The position numbers and the translations under genes are program-made. DNA of 64,000 nt from Desmophyllum pertusum. Lineage: Eukaryota. Location: positions 7,136,407-7,200,406 of the forward strand of contig MU825873.1 of the NCBI GenBank assembly GCA_029204205.1, given 5' to 3'. Shown piece after piece: positions 47,708-59,476 of this stretch. The first letter of the stretch is position 1, and every line of letters begins with the position of its first letter. The notes under the pieces are model-generated. The model was given only the letters and a program-made list of their open reading frames with translations, had not been told where the DNA came from and made no database searches.

Positions 47708-47849
47708 GCACTTTGAAGTTGGGGACAAGGGTCCAAAGGATGCTTCTAAATTGTTCTCTGTTCCAGATTTTGTAGGAGATGCATGTAAAGCAATTGCTTC
47801 AAGGATACGTGGTGCTGTAGCTGGGGTCCAGTTTGATGACTTTCACAAG
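47708..47849 (+). CDS. MVP: major vault protein, coding exon 12
   Basis: Acceptor ttttctttaacag|G. Translation (W)[47 protein letters not shown], against human [49 protein letters not shown]. Weak donor gttcaa. Confidence 0.9.
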
Positions 47850-48479
47850 GTTCAAACATAATTATTATTTCAATAATCTTACATTTTATTAAAACATCAG
47901 CATGACAGCAGCCAAACAAGTGCAGATTGAAATAAGCTAACTATACAAGTGTAGTAAAGTGTTCTGTGAATATGCCGATCCTCTACAATTTTTGTCTAAA
48001 TCTGTTGCAAAACTTTCACTCAAACACCTGGCATGTGTAGTGCAATGTATAAGCAACTAGTCTTGCTAGCCCAGCTAGTCTTTGTTGGAAAAAATGTAAA
48101 ATAGTAAGATATGCCCTTGATTTTTCTAGGGTATTTACCTGATCAATTGTGTAATGAGCCAAAAGAATGTCTGCATGTTTCACACTTTTTGTATCTCGGC
48201 TTCTGTTTTTGTGAGTCCACAACATCCACAAATCAACATCCCCTGATGAAGGGCAAGGCCCAAAATGTCTGGACTTTCTACTTTTATTTTGACACTTTCA
48301 GTTTATCAGGGTGATGACGCCATCCCCAGGATATAGGAGTTACCTTTTGTTCATATCTAACAAGAATTTTCGAAGAAAATATAACCAGGCTTTTACAGTT
48401 TACCTACTTTCTTGCTTGAAATCTATCAGTTAAACTAAGAAATAAGTATATTAGTCACGCCAGTCACACTTAAGTCTGA

Positions 48480-49560
48480 TGTTTGCGTATAGTGCCTACT
48501 GTCAATTTTCTTGTCTCTGAGGAGTCTTTGAAGATCATTCCTCAATATAAAGCCAGAGTTGAATAAGAAGAAAAAACACGACAACATAGGTACAAATCGT
48601 TGTTGCACCATCAATCGTAGATGTTCTGTGTTGCACCATTATTCGCAGTCGTTGCGAAACCTATTCAAGTCACAATTCGACAAATTGCATGACTCAAAAA
48701 TATGTGATATTGTGACGTAATGGTTGTTATTTATAAATCTTCTGCGTAAAATTAGACCTTTCTCCAAAATGGCCGACGCAAATTCAAAATGATTAAAATT
48801 AAACTGAGCGGAAATCAATACCACACTTGAAAGACCACGTACCTCTTGTTTAGTGATCGTACAAAGTTTCGTTAGGTTAGGTTCTACCTGAGTTGAGAAA
48901 ACGGAAGTTGAAAATTTTTTCAACTTCCATTTTCTCGACTCAGGTAGAACCTGACCTAACGAAACTTCATACGATTATCAAACAAGAGGTGGTCTTTCAG
49001 GTGCTGGTATTGATTTTCTGCTCAGTTTAATATGAATTTTTGGCTGCCATTTTGGAGAAAGGTCTATTGGGAAGTGAAATGCTGAACCAACACGAAAAAG
49101 TAATGTATTTCACACTACATAAACAGCAGAGTATTCATCATATTTCAAATAGGCCAATGATTATCTCCTGGTCAAATCAACCGTAATAGCTTGATATGAA
49201 ATTTGACCTAATGGCACTCCTGGTTTATCTCAAACGTCGCGAAATCTCTTCAAGTCACGGTTAGACGTGACTTATGTGACCCCATGACGTAATCGTCCTT
49301 ATTTATAAATCTGCAGGTCTCAGCAAGTTTCTGTTTTTATAAATCTGCGATTCTAACAAGTTTCTGTTTTCCTTTACGGAAAAGAAATGTATTTTACACA
49401 AAACAAACTGCAGAATATTCATAAAATGTCATTTAGGCAGACAAATATGACCATTGCGAAATGTAACGTAGCTTGATATAAAATTTGATCTAATGGAGCT
49501 CCTAGTGTGTCCACCCAGTAGTGAGTATAATGATTTAATATTTTGACGAGTCAAACTCAC
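48480..49560. repeat. dispersed repeat family; reverse-oriented copies at 60840-61260 and 62240-62640
   Basis: 49080-49330 is the reverse complement of 60960-61240. 48480-48740 is the reverse complement of 62340-62600. Confidence 0.6.
48740..49075. repeat. ~340-bp foldback with perfect 58-bp central palindrome (centre ~48920)
   Basis: The core is cctgagttgagaaaacggaagttgaaaattttttcaacttccattttctcgactcagg. The arms extend about 170 bp each. Confidence 0.75.
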
Positions 49561-49720
49561 CGACGTTGCTAAATCCGATGTGTTTACGCGGTTCTAACTT
49601 ATTATTTATTTGGACCAGTCCAACTTTCACATAGACACGATTTCCGCCGCTCTTAGAGTTCCTCCCCGAGAAAAACTTTCACAAGGCAAATATATATTTA
49701 TACTTTCCCCTAGCTCTCCT

Positions 49721-49893
49721 CTAGACTGTTCACGGCCTCTCTATTTTCTCAGATCATTGTAGCCGTGAGCAAACTGGAACTGAGCGCAAGCATGGGGGTA
49801 GAGGGTGGGGAAGCCCGCTCCCCACCCCTCACCGACTCACGCTCCGCGCTCGCTGTTAGCGTCGAGAAAATAGAGAGGCTGTGAACAGTCTAG
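49721..49893. mobile_element. small MITE (30-bp TIR CTAGACTGTTCACGGCCTCTCTATTTTCTC) with 7-bp TSD CTCTCCT
   Basis: The TIR and its reverse complement are at 49721-49750 and 49864-49893. CTCTCCT lies immediately on both flanks. Confidence 0.75.
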
Positions 49894-50495
49894 CTCTCCT
49901 CCTAGCGCTGTGGCCGAGTTGGGGTATGGGGTGAATCACCGACACGACAAAAAAACTGAAGCTAAAACACTAACTGGGCTGGGTCCTAGGCCCACACCTG
50001 GTTAAAAACTGCATTCCACACCCAAACGATAATTTTTATAGTGACAATTTGTGGTACAAATTTGACCCATTTTTATATTGCACACACGTGCCTTAAGATC
50101 ATGGATCAGAGAAGTGATTTTCTTATTCCTATTCCTACTCTCTGTTTTGGATATCTTATTCCACTATTCTGTTATGAATTTGTTTTAAAGTCATATTATG
50201 GAATGCAATTGTGATATTTTAAAAGTGGTATTTTAAGAGTGCGAGATATTTCATGCACCCACTTTTATTCATTCACAAACTTTAGGCAGACTGTAGTCAT
50301 TCTTTCAAAGTGGGGAGCGATACATTTTAACTAATTTCAAACCCAGCTTTTGCACCTCCCCGTCACTAACATACCTGAGTTTCAGTTTAATATACTGACT
50401 CATATTTTATATCATTCTCTTTTAATCTTCAACTTCCAAAGAAAATGAAAGAATACATGTAAACATTTGCTAAAAACAAAGGCTCTATTTTGCAG

Positions 50496-50707
50496 AATTC
50501 AGCAAAGATCATCCGTACGTCTGTGTTTGGGATTGATGACAATCACAAAATTCGAAACAAGTTTACTTTCCCTGCAAACAATCTGAACATAACAAGCATT
50601 GATATCCAATCTGTGGAGCCAGTAGATCAACGTACCAGAGACGCACTACAAAAGTCTGTCCAGCTAGCCATTGAGATTACAACTAATTCTCAGGAGGCTA
50701 CAGCAAG
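50496..50707 (+). CDS. MVP: major vault protein, coding exon 13
   Basis: Acceptor ctattttgcag|AAT. Translation [70 protein letters not shown](R), against human NSARIIRTAVFGF...[37 protein letters not shown]. Donor gtaatt. Confidence 0.92.
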
Positions 50708-50937
50708 GTAATTAGCCATTAGCTAATAACTAAACCACAGTAATTGTCACATCTTGAAAACGTTATCCTCTTTTCTTTTAGTTATCATTATTATTATTGT
50801 CTAATCATTTCTGTCTTTCCCAGTCTTATAAATTTATGTTACCCAGGATCATCCTGAAAAACACCTTAGGGCGAGGTTGCCTCCTGGTGAAAGATATTTA
50901 TTATTTATTTATAATGTTACCATCTTTGTTCCTTTTT

Positions 50938-50938
50938 G

Positions 50939-50973
<35 letters not shown>

Positions 50974-50975
50974 TT
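50938..50975. repeat. (TTTA)n microsatellite
   Basis: gttatttatttatttatttatttatttatttatta. Confidence 0.85.
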
Positions 50976-51149
50976 ACAATTTAATGGCATATAATATGTA
51001 TACATCTGATCAAAATAAGCAAATAAAGAAAAAGAATAAAACTGCCATAAGGATAATTTGTAAAGGAGTCAAAACCCCATGTAAAAAGAAATCACCTCCT
51101 GTAGACATAAAAATTATTACAATTGCTAAAAATACAATTTACTAATATT

Positions 51150-52321
51150 TAAAATCAATTAATTACTATTAAGTAAAAAATTGTTAACCTTAAGTTTAAA
51201 AGTATTTACATTTGTAATCATGCGGATCTCTTTTGATAGCATATTCCAACTATCAACAATCCTATTAAAATAGCTATATTTAAAAACATTAGTTCTAGCA
51301 TAATTCTTCTTCAGAGACAAAATTATTGTCAAACGATCTATGAGAATAACGATCCCCATCCGAGTAAAAGGTTATATAAGAAGAAATGTCAATATTAACA
51401 AGACCATTTAAGGCCTTGAACAAAAACACAACATCGGACATAAATCTTCTCTGCTCTAGTGATAACATGTTCAATTTCTTTAAGCAGGTATCATATGGAT
51501 CTTCATTTTTCAGTAGGAACTTAGTTGCTCTACGTTGTACCCTTTCTAGTTTCTCGATATTTCTTTTTGTGAAAGGTGACCAGATAATTGAACAGTACTT
51601 AAAGTTTTAGTATCTTTAAGGTCTTTGCAAGTTCTCTTAATTAGTCCCATAATTTTGTTAGCTTTAGAGGTAATCTTGTCAAATGTGTGAGTTCCATGAG
51701 AGATGACTACCTGTACTCAAGCCAATATCTTTAAATACCTTCATCTCATCAAGATTAGTTCCTCCCAATGACAGACCTTCAGAGTAAGGATGTTTTTTCT
51801 TTGTGATACTCATAACCTTGCACTTTTTCACAGTCGTCTGCATACAATGCAATGGCATTACCTGGCGAAACAGCCTCCGAAATATCGTTAATGAAAATAA
51901 CGAAAAACAAGGGACCAAGAATTGAGCCTTGTGGTACCCCCGAGGGTATTTCAGTCCAGGATGAACAACTCCCATCGATCACCACTCTCTGATAACGATT
52001 GCTAAGATAATCTCCACACCATTTTAAAAGTGATCCAGAGATACCAAAGTTACAGAGTTTCTGAAGAAGAACTTGGTGGTTGACACGGTCGAAGGCCTTT
52101 GCAAAATCCAGAAATACCACATCAGTCTGTTGCCCCAAATCTAAAGCCTTAGCCCAATGGTGATGAGTTAATACCAATTGTGTGGCACATGATCTTCCCT
52201 TTATGAAGCCGTGTTGCCAATCCGATAAATATTTAGAGACATGGGAATAAATAGCAGAATGTATTATCCTTTCTTGACATTTCCCAGGAATACACAATAA
52301 TGATATTGATCTATTTAACAA
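51150..52321 (-). mobile_element. 5'-truncated, frameshifted non-LTR retrotransposon (CR1/L2-like) RT fragment
   Basis: Minus-strand ORFs carry RT motifs: FLDFAKAFDRVNH (A), GVPQGSILGPLFF (B) and YADD (C). There is a C-terminal FFNRIVDSWNMLSKEI...FKLKVNNFL motif typical of CR1/L2 ORF2 ends. The ORFs are split over three frames. The (TTTA)n at 50938-50975 reads as (TAAA)n on the minus strand and may be its 3' tail. Confidence 0.75.
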
Positions 52322-52989
52322 TTAGATTATTCGCTCTCAATTTCTATGATGTGATAGTTGATGAGGCCGCAGGCCGAATCAACTATCACATCTTAGAAAT
52401 TGAGAGCGAATAATCTAATTGTTTTAGTAAAAATCATAACAATCATCTAGTAATAACTCTAATCCTCCTCTGAGACGACCTCCAGCCACTGCACACTAAT
52501 GGCTGATAGTATACGAGTAGCTCAGCCAATCAGATTGTCTCATTTGCGTTAGTATACTAGTAGATTTTTACTAAAATTGTATAGTCCTCGGGTTTTTCTA
52601 TATGGTAACCTCTTTTTGTATTTACATGTAAACACATTCATCACTTACATGACTTAACTTATAATACGGTACAAAGTCATTGCATTATTTACAGTACTTT
52701 AAGTGCTTAATTAATACGTACTATAATTCAACACTAGCATGTGCCACAAAGCCTTTAATTAATTAATGCATTTACAAACAACAGATCAGAAAAAAATTAA
52801 AATACAAATTACTGATTACAGGGGGCGAAAATAAAGGATATTGTGTGAGTTTTAATAATGGTAGAAGGTTACATCATTTATTAAAGTGATATGTAAGTTT
52901 GTAAATTAAAGTTAACAAGAACCTTAGAAAGCTTATACTTGGGTTTAAAATTCCACTGGTTTTGTTGCTGTTAAAAAACACAGCTGTTA

Positions 52990-53715
52990 GTCACTGAGCT
53001 GTCACGCAAGACACGTTAATGTCTGTGGTTTGCGCAATTCAGAATTCAGTCCTCTCGTACTTTGAAATAAACAATCCCCTTCATCCGTGACTCATAGCAG
53101 TTGGGATTGCTGCCGCTTACTTTTAGATTGAAGGAATAGCTATGTTTCATATCTTCGATAATTGTCTTTCTCTGCAGTGGTTTCGAATTCCATCAGTTTC
53201 TTGGTTCTTGATTTGAGGCTTTCATAATAGTTGACTCGATAGAGTCTAGTTTCTTTAGTTTTGTTAATATTTCGTAAAGCACATCATCAGATGACAGGTT
53301 GGATCTTCTTATATAGCTATCAAATTTTCACTGGTATTGGCCATATGCTCTTAATCTTAATCCTATCGTGTATAAATAAATGCTTTTATTATTTTATTAT
53401 TATTATTAATGCTTGAATGCTCCACTGATAGGCGTGGGGTTTTTTTTTGCAAGGAGGTTAAATTTCAAGGCCCTGCTGTAAGCTTGGCAGTCGTTAAATA
53501 TCTTTCAAAAATATCTTTCAACCGAAAATGGTGCTCTTTTTTAATGGGAAATGTGAATTTCTTGTTTACTCTTTAGATGGAACGGAAAATAAATATTTGC
53601 TGACAACGCAAACATGCCAAGGCATTCATTCATGGGGGAATTACCACGGCTTTAACTGCTGTGAATCACGCAAACCACAGACATAAACGTGACTCACGTG
53701 ACAGCTCAATAACTG
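52990..53715. mobile_element. TIR-bounded element (~725 bp) ending ~115 bp upstream of MVP exon 14
   Basis: GCTGTCACGCAAGACACGTTAATGTCTGTGGTTTGCG is at 52993. CGCAAACCACAGACATAAACGTGACTCACGTGACAGC is at ~53660-53700. Confidence 0.6.
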
Positions 53716-53830
53716 AAAGCCGAGTTTTTAGAGCAAGAGAAACCCAGGTGTAAGCGTTTTAAGCTTCTTGTTTAATCATGGTTGTGCGTATCACATTGTA
53801 TGAACTTACATTGTAGTGTGTACATTATAG

Positions 53831-54074
53831 ACATGAAGCAGAGCGGCTAGAACAAGAAGCCAAGGGTCGACTGGAAAGGCAGAAGATATCAGATGAGGCC
53901 GAGGCAGAACGTTCTAGAAAGGAGTTGTTAGAGCTGCAGGCTCAGAGTGCTGCAGTGGAGTCAACTGGACAAGCTAAAGCTGAAGCACAGTCCCAAGCAG
54001 AGGCAGCTCGGATTGAAGGGGAGGCTGCAGTTCAACAGGCAAAGTTAAAGGCAGAAGCAGCTAAGATTGAGGCT
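53831..54074 (+). CDS. MVP: major vault protein, coding exon 14 (coiled-coil cap helix)
   Basis: Acceptor tacattatag|A. Translation (R)[81 protein letters not shown], against human [80 protein letters not shown]. Donor gtaagt. Confidence 0.9.
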
Positions 54075-54689
54075 GTAAGTCTTCATTAAAATAACTTGTT
54101 ATTCAGACTTGTTGTTTCCAAACTTTTAAGGACCCGGAAAAATTTAATCTAGAAACTTTTCATCGTTATAATTTACCTGTTCACCTGTACCATAGCAACA
54201 ATTAACATTACAAATGAGTTTTTAGTATCTAAGATTAATTTATTAACAAGGTGGCCCAGGCTTGAAAAAATCAACTAACCCCAAAAACGTTTTTTCGCTT
54301 AAATAAATTTCCTTGCTACCCTGATCACGTCTGCGAAAAAATTATCGCAATCGATAAAATCCCCGCGTTTCTACAGCCGTTTGAACTTGGAATTTTCTGT
54401 CCCACGACCGCTCATTATTGGGGACCTGGATCGAGATCTTGTGACGTAACGGCGGGAACTTTCTGAATAGCGATAACAGGCTTTTGTCAGTGAGGGCTTT
54501 ACATTGTGTATTGACATAAATAGACTACGTAGTAGTCACTATAGGGTGGCTTTAGATGAAAAATATTGGAGATAGATGAGGAAGGTTCATTAATATTTCT
54601 GGCGCTGCTGTGCACTATACGAGACCAATGTAAACAAACTTGAACGCCATTTTGTTGCCATTGAGTGCCATTTTGTTTCTCCTTACAAG

Positions 54690-54878
54690 GAATCTGAACT
54701 GCAGCGGCTGAGTAAAACAAGGGAGGCAGAGTTGAAGTACCAGCATGAACAGGACACATTGGATGTAACAAAGACCAAAGAGATGTCAACCATTGAGACG
54801 GACAAATTTAAGAACATGGTGTCATCCATTGGTTCTGATACTATTCAGGCAATAGCCACAGCTGGACCAGAAATGCAG
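54690..54878 (+). CDS. MVP: major vault protein, coding exon 15
   Basis: Acceptor ctccttacaag|GAA. Translation ESELQRLSKTREAELKYQHEQDTLDVTKTKEMSTIETDKFKNMVSSIGSDTIQAIATAGPEMQ, against human ...[26 protein letters not shown]. Donor gtttgt. Confidence 0.88.
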
Positions 54879-55174
54879 GTTTGTGTAATACCTTACTCTT
54901 GACAGCCGGCTAGAATCTGCAAATACTGTCTGTCTTAAATCCAAGTTAAAGTCTTACTTGAAAGTTTAAAGTTTTGTTTAATTAATTTTTTTAAATGTAT
55001 AGTTTTAAAACCTAGCCTTTTTTGTATTTTTAGGGCGTTTTTACATAGGGTTGAACTCTAAACTTAAAGATCTATATTATATTTGTATATTTTTCATTTG
55101 TATCTTGAATAAAGTATACATGTATGTAGGGTTAACTGTTGCTCAGTTACTCTGTTTTTGTTGTTGTACTGTAG

Positions 55175-55303
55175 GTGAAACTGCTGCAGTCTTTGGGGCT
55201 GAAATCTACCCTGATAACAGATGGTAGCTCACCTATCAACTTGTTTAGCACAGCTCAAGGTTTGATTGGTGCTCTTCAGCAACCAGGCCCCTCCACGGAC
55301 TAA
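55175..55303 (+). CDS. MVP: major vault protein, terminal coding exon 16 (stop codon TAA at 55301-55303)
   Basis: Acceptor ttgtactgtag|GTG. Translation [42 protein letters not shown], against human [32 protein letters not shown]. Confidence 0.9.
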   Translation: MKLLQSLGLKSTLITDGSSPINLFSTAQGLIGALQQPGPSTD

Positions 55304-55335
55304 TGATCCATGCCTAGCACCTAGCTAATGACATT

Positions 55336-55345
55336 AATAAATAAA
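55336..55345 (+). promoter_or_regulatory. MVP: candidate MVP polyadenylation signals (overlapping AATAAA copies; a further AATAAA at 55557-55562)
   Basis: AATAAATAAA lies about 35 nt past the stop codon, and a second AATAAA about 255 nt past it. No EST evidence is available. Confidence 0.4.
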
Positions 55346-55689
55346 ACACCCAAGGTGTATGGTTTGGTGTGGTCAGTAATAATTTTTAGTGCTTAATCAG
55401 CAAAAATTAGAATTAGAATTATGGCCAATATAGACACGGTCATGTGTATACATGTAACAATAATAATTGTCTTTTCTGCAAGTTGTTGCAAACATTGGTA
55501 TATTATAACCAGGTTGCTGTTTAGCACTTTTGATTCAAGTATTTGGTAAAATGTTTAATAAAGAATAAGTGCTTGTCATCGTTCAAAATAATAGACATTT
55601 CAGGAAAACCCTTGAGACTTATGAAGGGCTTATTTTGAGCGATGATGAGCACGTCTCTTTACCAAACATCGGGATGCTTGTTAGGTTTG

Positions 55690-55985
55690 TAAAGCTGCGA
55701 TCAAACGGGCACAACATTTGTCTCAACATTCTCTCAATATTTGTTGAGAGCCGATGCATGTTGAGACCATTTGACCACCCCTCTCAACAATGTTGAGAGG
55801 TGTTGTGACATGTTGAGACGAGTTTAAATTCATTTAAACTTTGTCTCAACATTTTCACAACATTTCTTTTGTTCTTGAAATGTGAGAGGTTGTTGAGGCC
55901 GTTTGACCGGGCATGGTCGCAACATCTCTCAACATGACACAACAAATCTTGAGACAAATGTTGAGACCGTTTGATCGGGCCTTAA
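55690..55985. repeat. GTTGAGAC-rich inverted/tandem repeat block in the MVP 3' flank
   Basis: There are many copies of (T)GTTGAGA(C/G) in both orientations. The end motifs GATCAAACGGGCACAACATTTGTCTCAACAT and ATGTTGAGACCGTTTGATCGGG are inverted relative to each other. Confidence 0.55.
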
Positions 55986-56019
55986 GTGTTACCGTTGCAT
56001 GATAATATTTCGTGACATC

Positions 56020-56063
56020 ATTGTACATTGTACATTGTACATTGTACATTGTACATTGTACAT
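56020..56063. repeat. (ACATTGT)6 minisatellite
   Basis: tacattgtacattgtacattgtacattgtacattgtacat. Confidence 0.85.
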
Positions 56064-58631
56064 GCGCAGTGAAGTGTAAAGAAGCATGCCTCGTAACAAT
56101 AGCACTTTTTCCAGTCTACTGCTGTAAAGCTCTGCTGTAAAACATGTTGTTTGCCCCAAAGTCGGGATAGAGGTATTAGTAAGATTTAGTAATAAATTGT
56201 TATCATCGTTGTCAAGTTTTGTCGATTGTCCTATCTGCCTCAAAATATTTTGTATTTTCACGGACAGTCAATTTCTGTTGTTACTTTATGTAATGCTCGA
56301 TGACTAACTCCAAGTTAGTACAGGATAGCTAGTTAATGTATTCCTTTATTTCAGTTTTTACGTGTTGGACCATCATTAAATGTTGCCGTATTGTTTACTT
56401 GTCATGGTATTTGATGGCTCCGAAAATATATCATTGCTACAAGGTTGTACCAGACCTTCATAGTATGGCTTGCAAGGCAATAATTAACCGGGCAGCGCAA
56501 GCCCGGTTCATAAATCGCTCAGGGTTTTTAAGCGGCCGACGCCCGTAGCTTCAAGAAATGGAATGTTTTTTTTAAGCGGCCGATGCCCATATATGGGCAT
56601 CGAGCGAGCCGCTTCAAGGAATGGACAGTGTTTTTCGTAGTCACTTGCCCCAGACTTCCACACGGTCGACATGACGCAATCGCATTTTCTAAAATTGGCC
56701 ACTAGATAATTTCTCTTCCACAAGCTTTCTGTAGAATTTCTTCCTACTTTTGAAGAAAATTCCGATTTTCGTGTCTTGTAAGTGCTCTTTTAGAAACAAG
56801 TGGGTGGATTGTTGTTTCCCCCCTCAAGGTGAAATCGGCCGCTTGTAACACCCGTTAGGTGCTCTTGTTTTAAGTTTCTTTTGGCCGTCACCGGAAGACC
56901 TAGGGCAGGATATTTCCTGAAGCGTGAAATGAACAGTGAATGAACTCCTGCTTGACGTTTATAAGCGTATTGAGTTTTACTTGCAGAGAGTATAGTTTCC
57001 ATTTTAAACACGCGTATGTGAATTACTCGCTGTGCCGTGCCTGTATCGATTAGTTCATTTCTGTGACTCCTTGTAAGCGAGAGCATTACGCTACAATCAA
57101 CTTGCTAAGAATACTCACAGACAAGAGAATATTGGAAATTAAGTAATTCCCCAACCTATTTTAATTTAAAAAGTAAGAGACCGATTTATGTGAGCAAGTG
57201 CGGAGAATTAAAATACTGAGTTTAGCAATGGAATACTTTAAAGCGTATCTTTATAATATTTCCACAAGGTAAAAGCCCTGACCAAGGAATTGGATTTTTC
57301 ATTTCAAAGACGCGTATGTGAGTTTAAACCCATGAAATACTCTTGCTAGGCTTAAATTTTAAACAGACTTTTTGCACTGTCGAACAATGTACATATGTAA
57401 GCTAAAAGGCAAATTGACCTTTGCGTGTTATCCGATCTTTTTGTACCCTGGGCCCAGAGAAAGAAGAAAGAAAACCTCTGGGACCAGGGTAATCTTTTTG
57501 TTTATACCACACTAAAGATAGCTGTTAATAGACTTCATATAATAACGCAAACCTCAGAAATTTATGTTACTCGCGTGACTATGAAATTTTAATTCAATTG
57601 TATTGACAGACGGCTTATTTAATACACCACAGTTTTGTATATTTTACGTCATAAATATTTAAGCTTTATATGAACTTCTTCGGGGAGGGTGTTGTGAAGT
57701 TTATAAGCGTATTGAGTTTTACTGCATTCTGATGGTTAATCTTTGTACAACAAGCGTTTCAATTCAAGAAGAACCAAAGCTAAGGAGGTGAGAAGCCACT
57801 TCAGTTTAATACTCAATTTTTTATTAGTACGAAATCACTGCGACAGAAAGTAGCGAAGAGAAACAGTAGATCGGTAGCTCGGGTGGGGCCAGCATTGTGA
57901 TTAAAGCTGGAGAACATAACATTGTCAATGTTGGTAGCCCGCTGCAAACTCGCGGATAATGCATGAGCTGGTGACCACAAGACAACTGTGACTCCCAGCA
58001 TTTACATACCCGATTTCTTGTTAACGTTGCACTAAGACATTTACTCAACCAGCACCACAAAAATTCAATATCCGTTATCACCGACCACAAGCTGCCACAC
58101 CCATTTGTAAGCAATTTTAAAACTCTTTACCAAGATGTCAGTGGCCTAATTGCCGCTTTCAGCCTTTGTGTTTGATTCCCAGTTTTAATCAACCTCACCC
58201 CCAACATGAACATCCCACTCTAGTATGTGACTTCCCTCGACTTTGCACCCTTCACCACTCAACATGGACGCATGGCAAGCAAACCTACACGACGACTGCA
58301 ACAGGGACTATTCTCGATTGCATTGCACATGGTTTTCATATTATACGCCGGGAAATTCGTCATTTCCGCCGGTGTCAAACACAGCAACTGCGACGGTGTC
58401 CGTCGCGTAACCAAATAAGCGATACATTTAATTGAGAAACTATGTAATCACACTAAATCAAAACCGGATCATGTCCGCGGTTGAGTGTCGACCGATACTG
58501 TCGGTCGACATATCGGCCGACTCTCGGTCGTCACTTTCAGCGATTTACCTCTTTTGTACGAGATAACTACTCGGTTTTCCATACTGCGGATCCTTGTCGT
58601 GAATCATGCTTTTGGACTTCGGTGTACCCCC

Positions 58632-59476
58632 CTACATCTTCTTGAAGTCTATGCTGGTACTCAGACATCCACTCCTTCTTGACCACCATGCGCTCTGGTT
58701 CCAGTGGGTAGGCATTGTGTGCGTTGTGCAGCTCCTCGGGTACTCCAGATCGACTTCAAGGATGTAGCCCACCGCCATTCCGGCTGCGGGAACCGCGACA
58801 GCAGCATCTTTCGCGGTAGCTGTTCCCACCGCTGTCGTTCCGACGGTTCTAGTTCCCACTGCCGTTCCGCGGCTGCTGCTCCAACCTCCTCCAGCTCTTC
58901 CGTATCTTTTACCCATTCAAAACCGTCCGTCGGCAGTGGCTGGCTCATGGCCCAACCGTACAGGTTGTTCGCATCCAGGTAGGTAATCCATGTGGGCGGT
59001 TTACTGCGATCAAATCCTTCTACCATTGGATTGTTTGTCTTTGCGTAGCGCTTGGGCAGCGCGCAGGTCCCTCCACGAAGCCCCTTCTCAATGAAGAGGT
59101 GCATGTCATAATATGTTAGCAGTTCCAGCTCTACACCTGTCTTTTTCAGCAACGCATGCCAGCTGAGGCCTGGGCTCGTGTAATAGTGCGCTGGATCGAG
59201 ACCATACTCTTGCAGACTGGTATTTTGGAAGGTCTCGAATATGTCAGCCAGGAGGAGCACGTCAGTACGAAGGTAGAGGTCATGGTAATCCCCAATATTT
59301 TTGCACCCAAAGGTTTCCCAGATCTTTTTTACATGTTGGTAGACCTCGTCTGAGGTGTTCTCGTCAGACAGCTTGCTGTAGAAGGCAGTTCTTGGGGTAG
59401 CAGCTTCTCGCTCAAGCGCTCCCAGGCACCATGTACTAATAGGGGTACACGCCCTTACGGAGTAGCAGCTGCCACT
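58632..59476 (-). pseudogene. degraded protein-primed family-B DNA polymerase (Polinton/Maverick-type pPolB) remnant
   Basis: A contiguous minus-strand frame from 59476 down to 58661 reads ...GDYHDLYLRTDVLLLADIFE (Exo III-like, Yx3D) ... LDPAHYYTSPGLSWHALLK ((S/T)Lx2h-like) ... IEKGLRGGTCA (pre-motif A; phi29 has YRGGFT) ... ITYLDANNLYGWAMSQ (motif A Dx2SLYP; phi29 has DVNSLYPAQM). The frame is then lost. The overlapping ORF at 58632..58916 in another frame reads GYILEVDLEYP. Motifs B and C are not found, so the rest has decayed. Confidence 0.65.
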
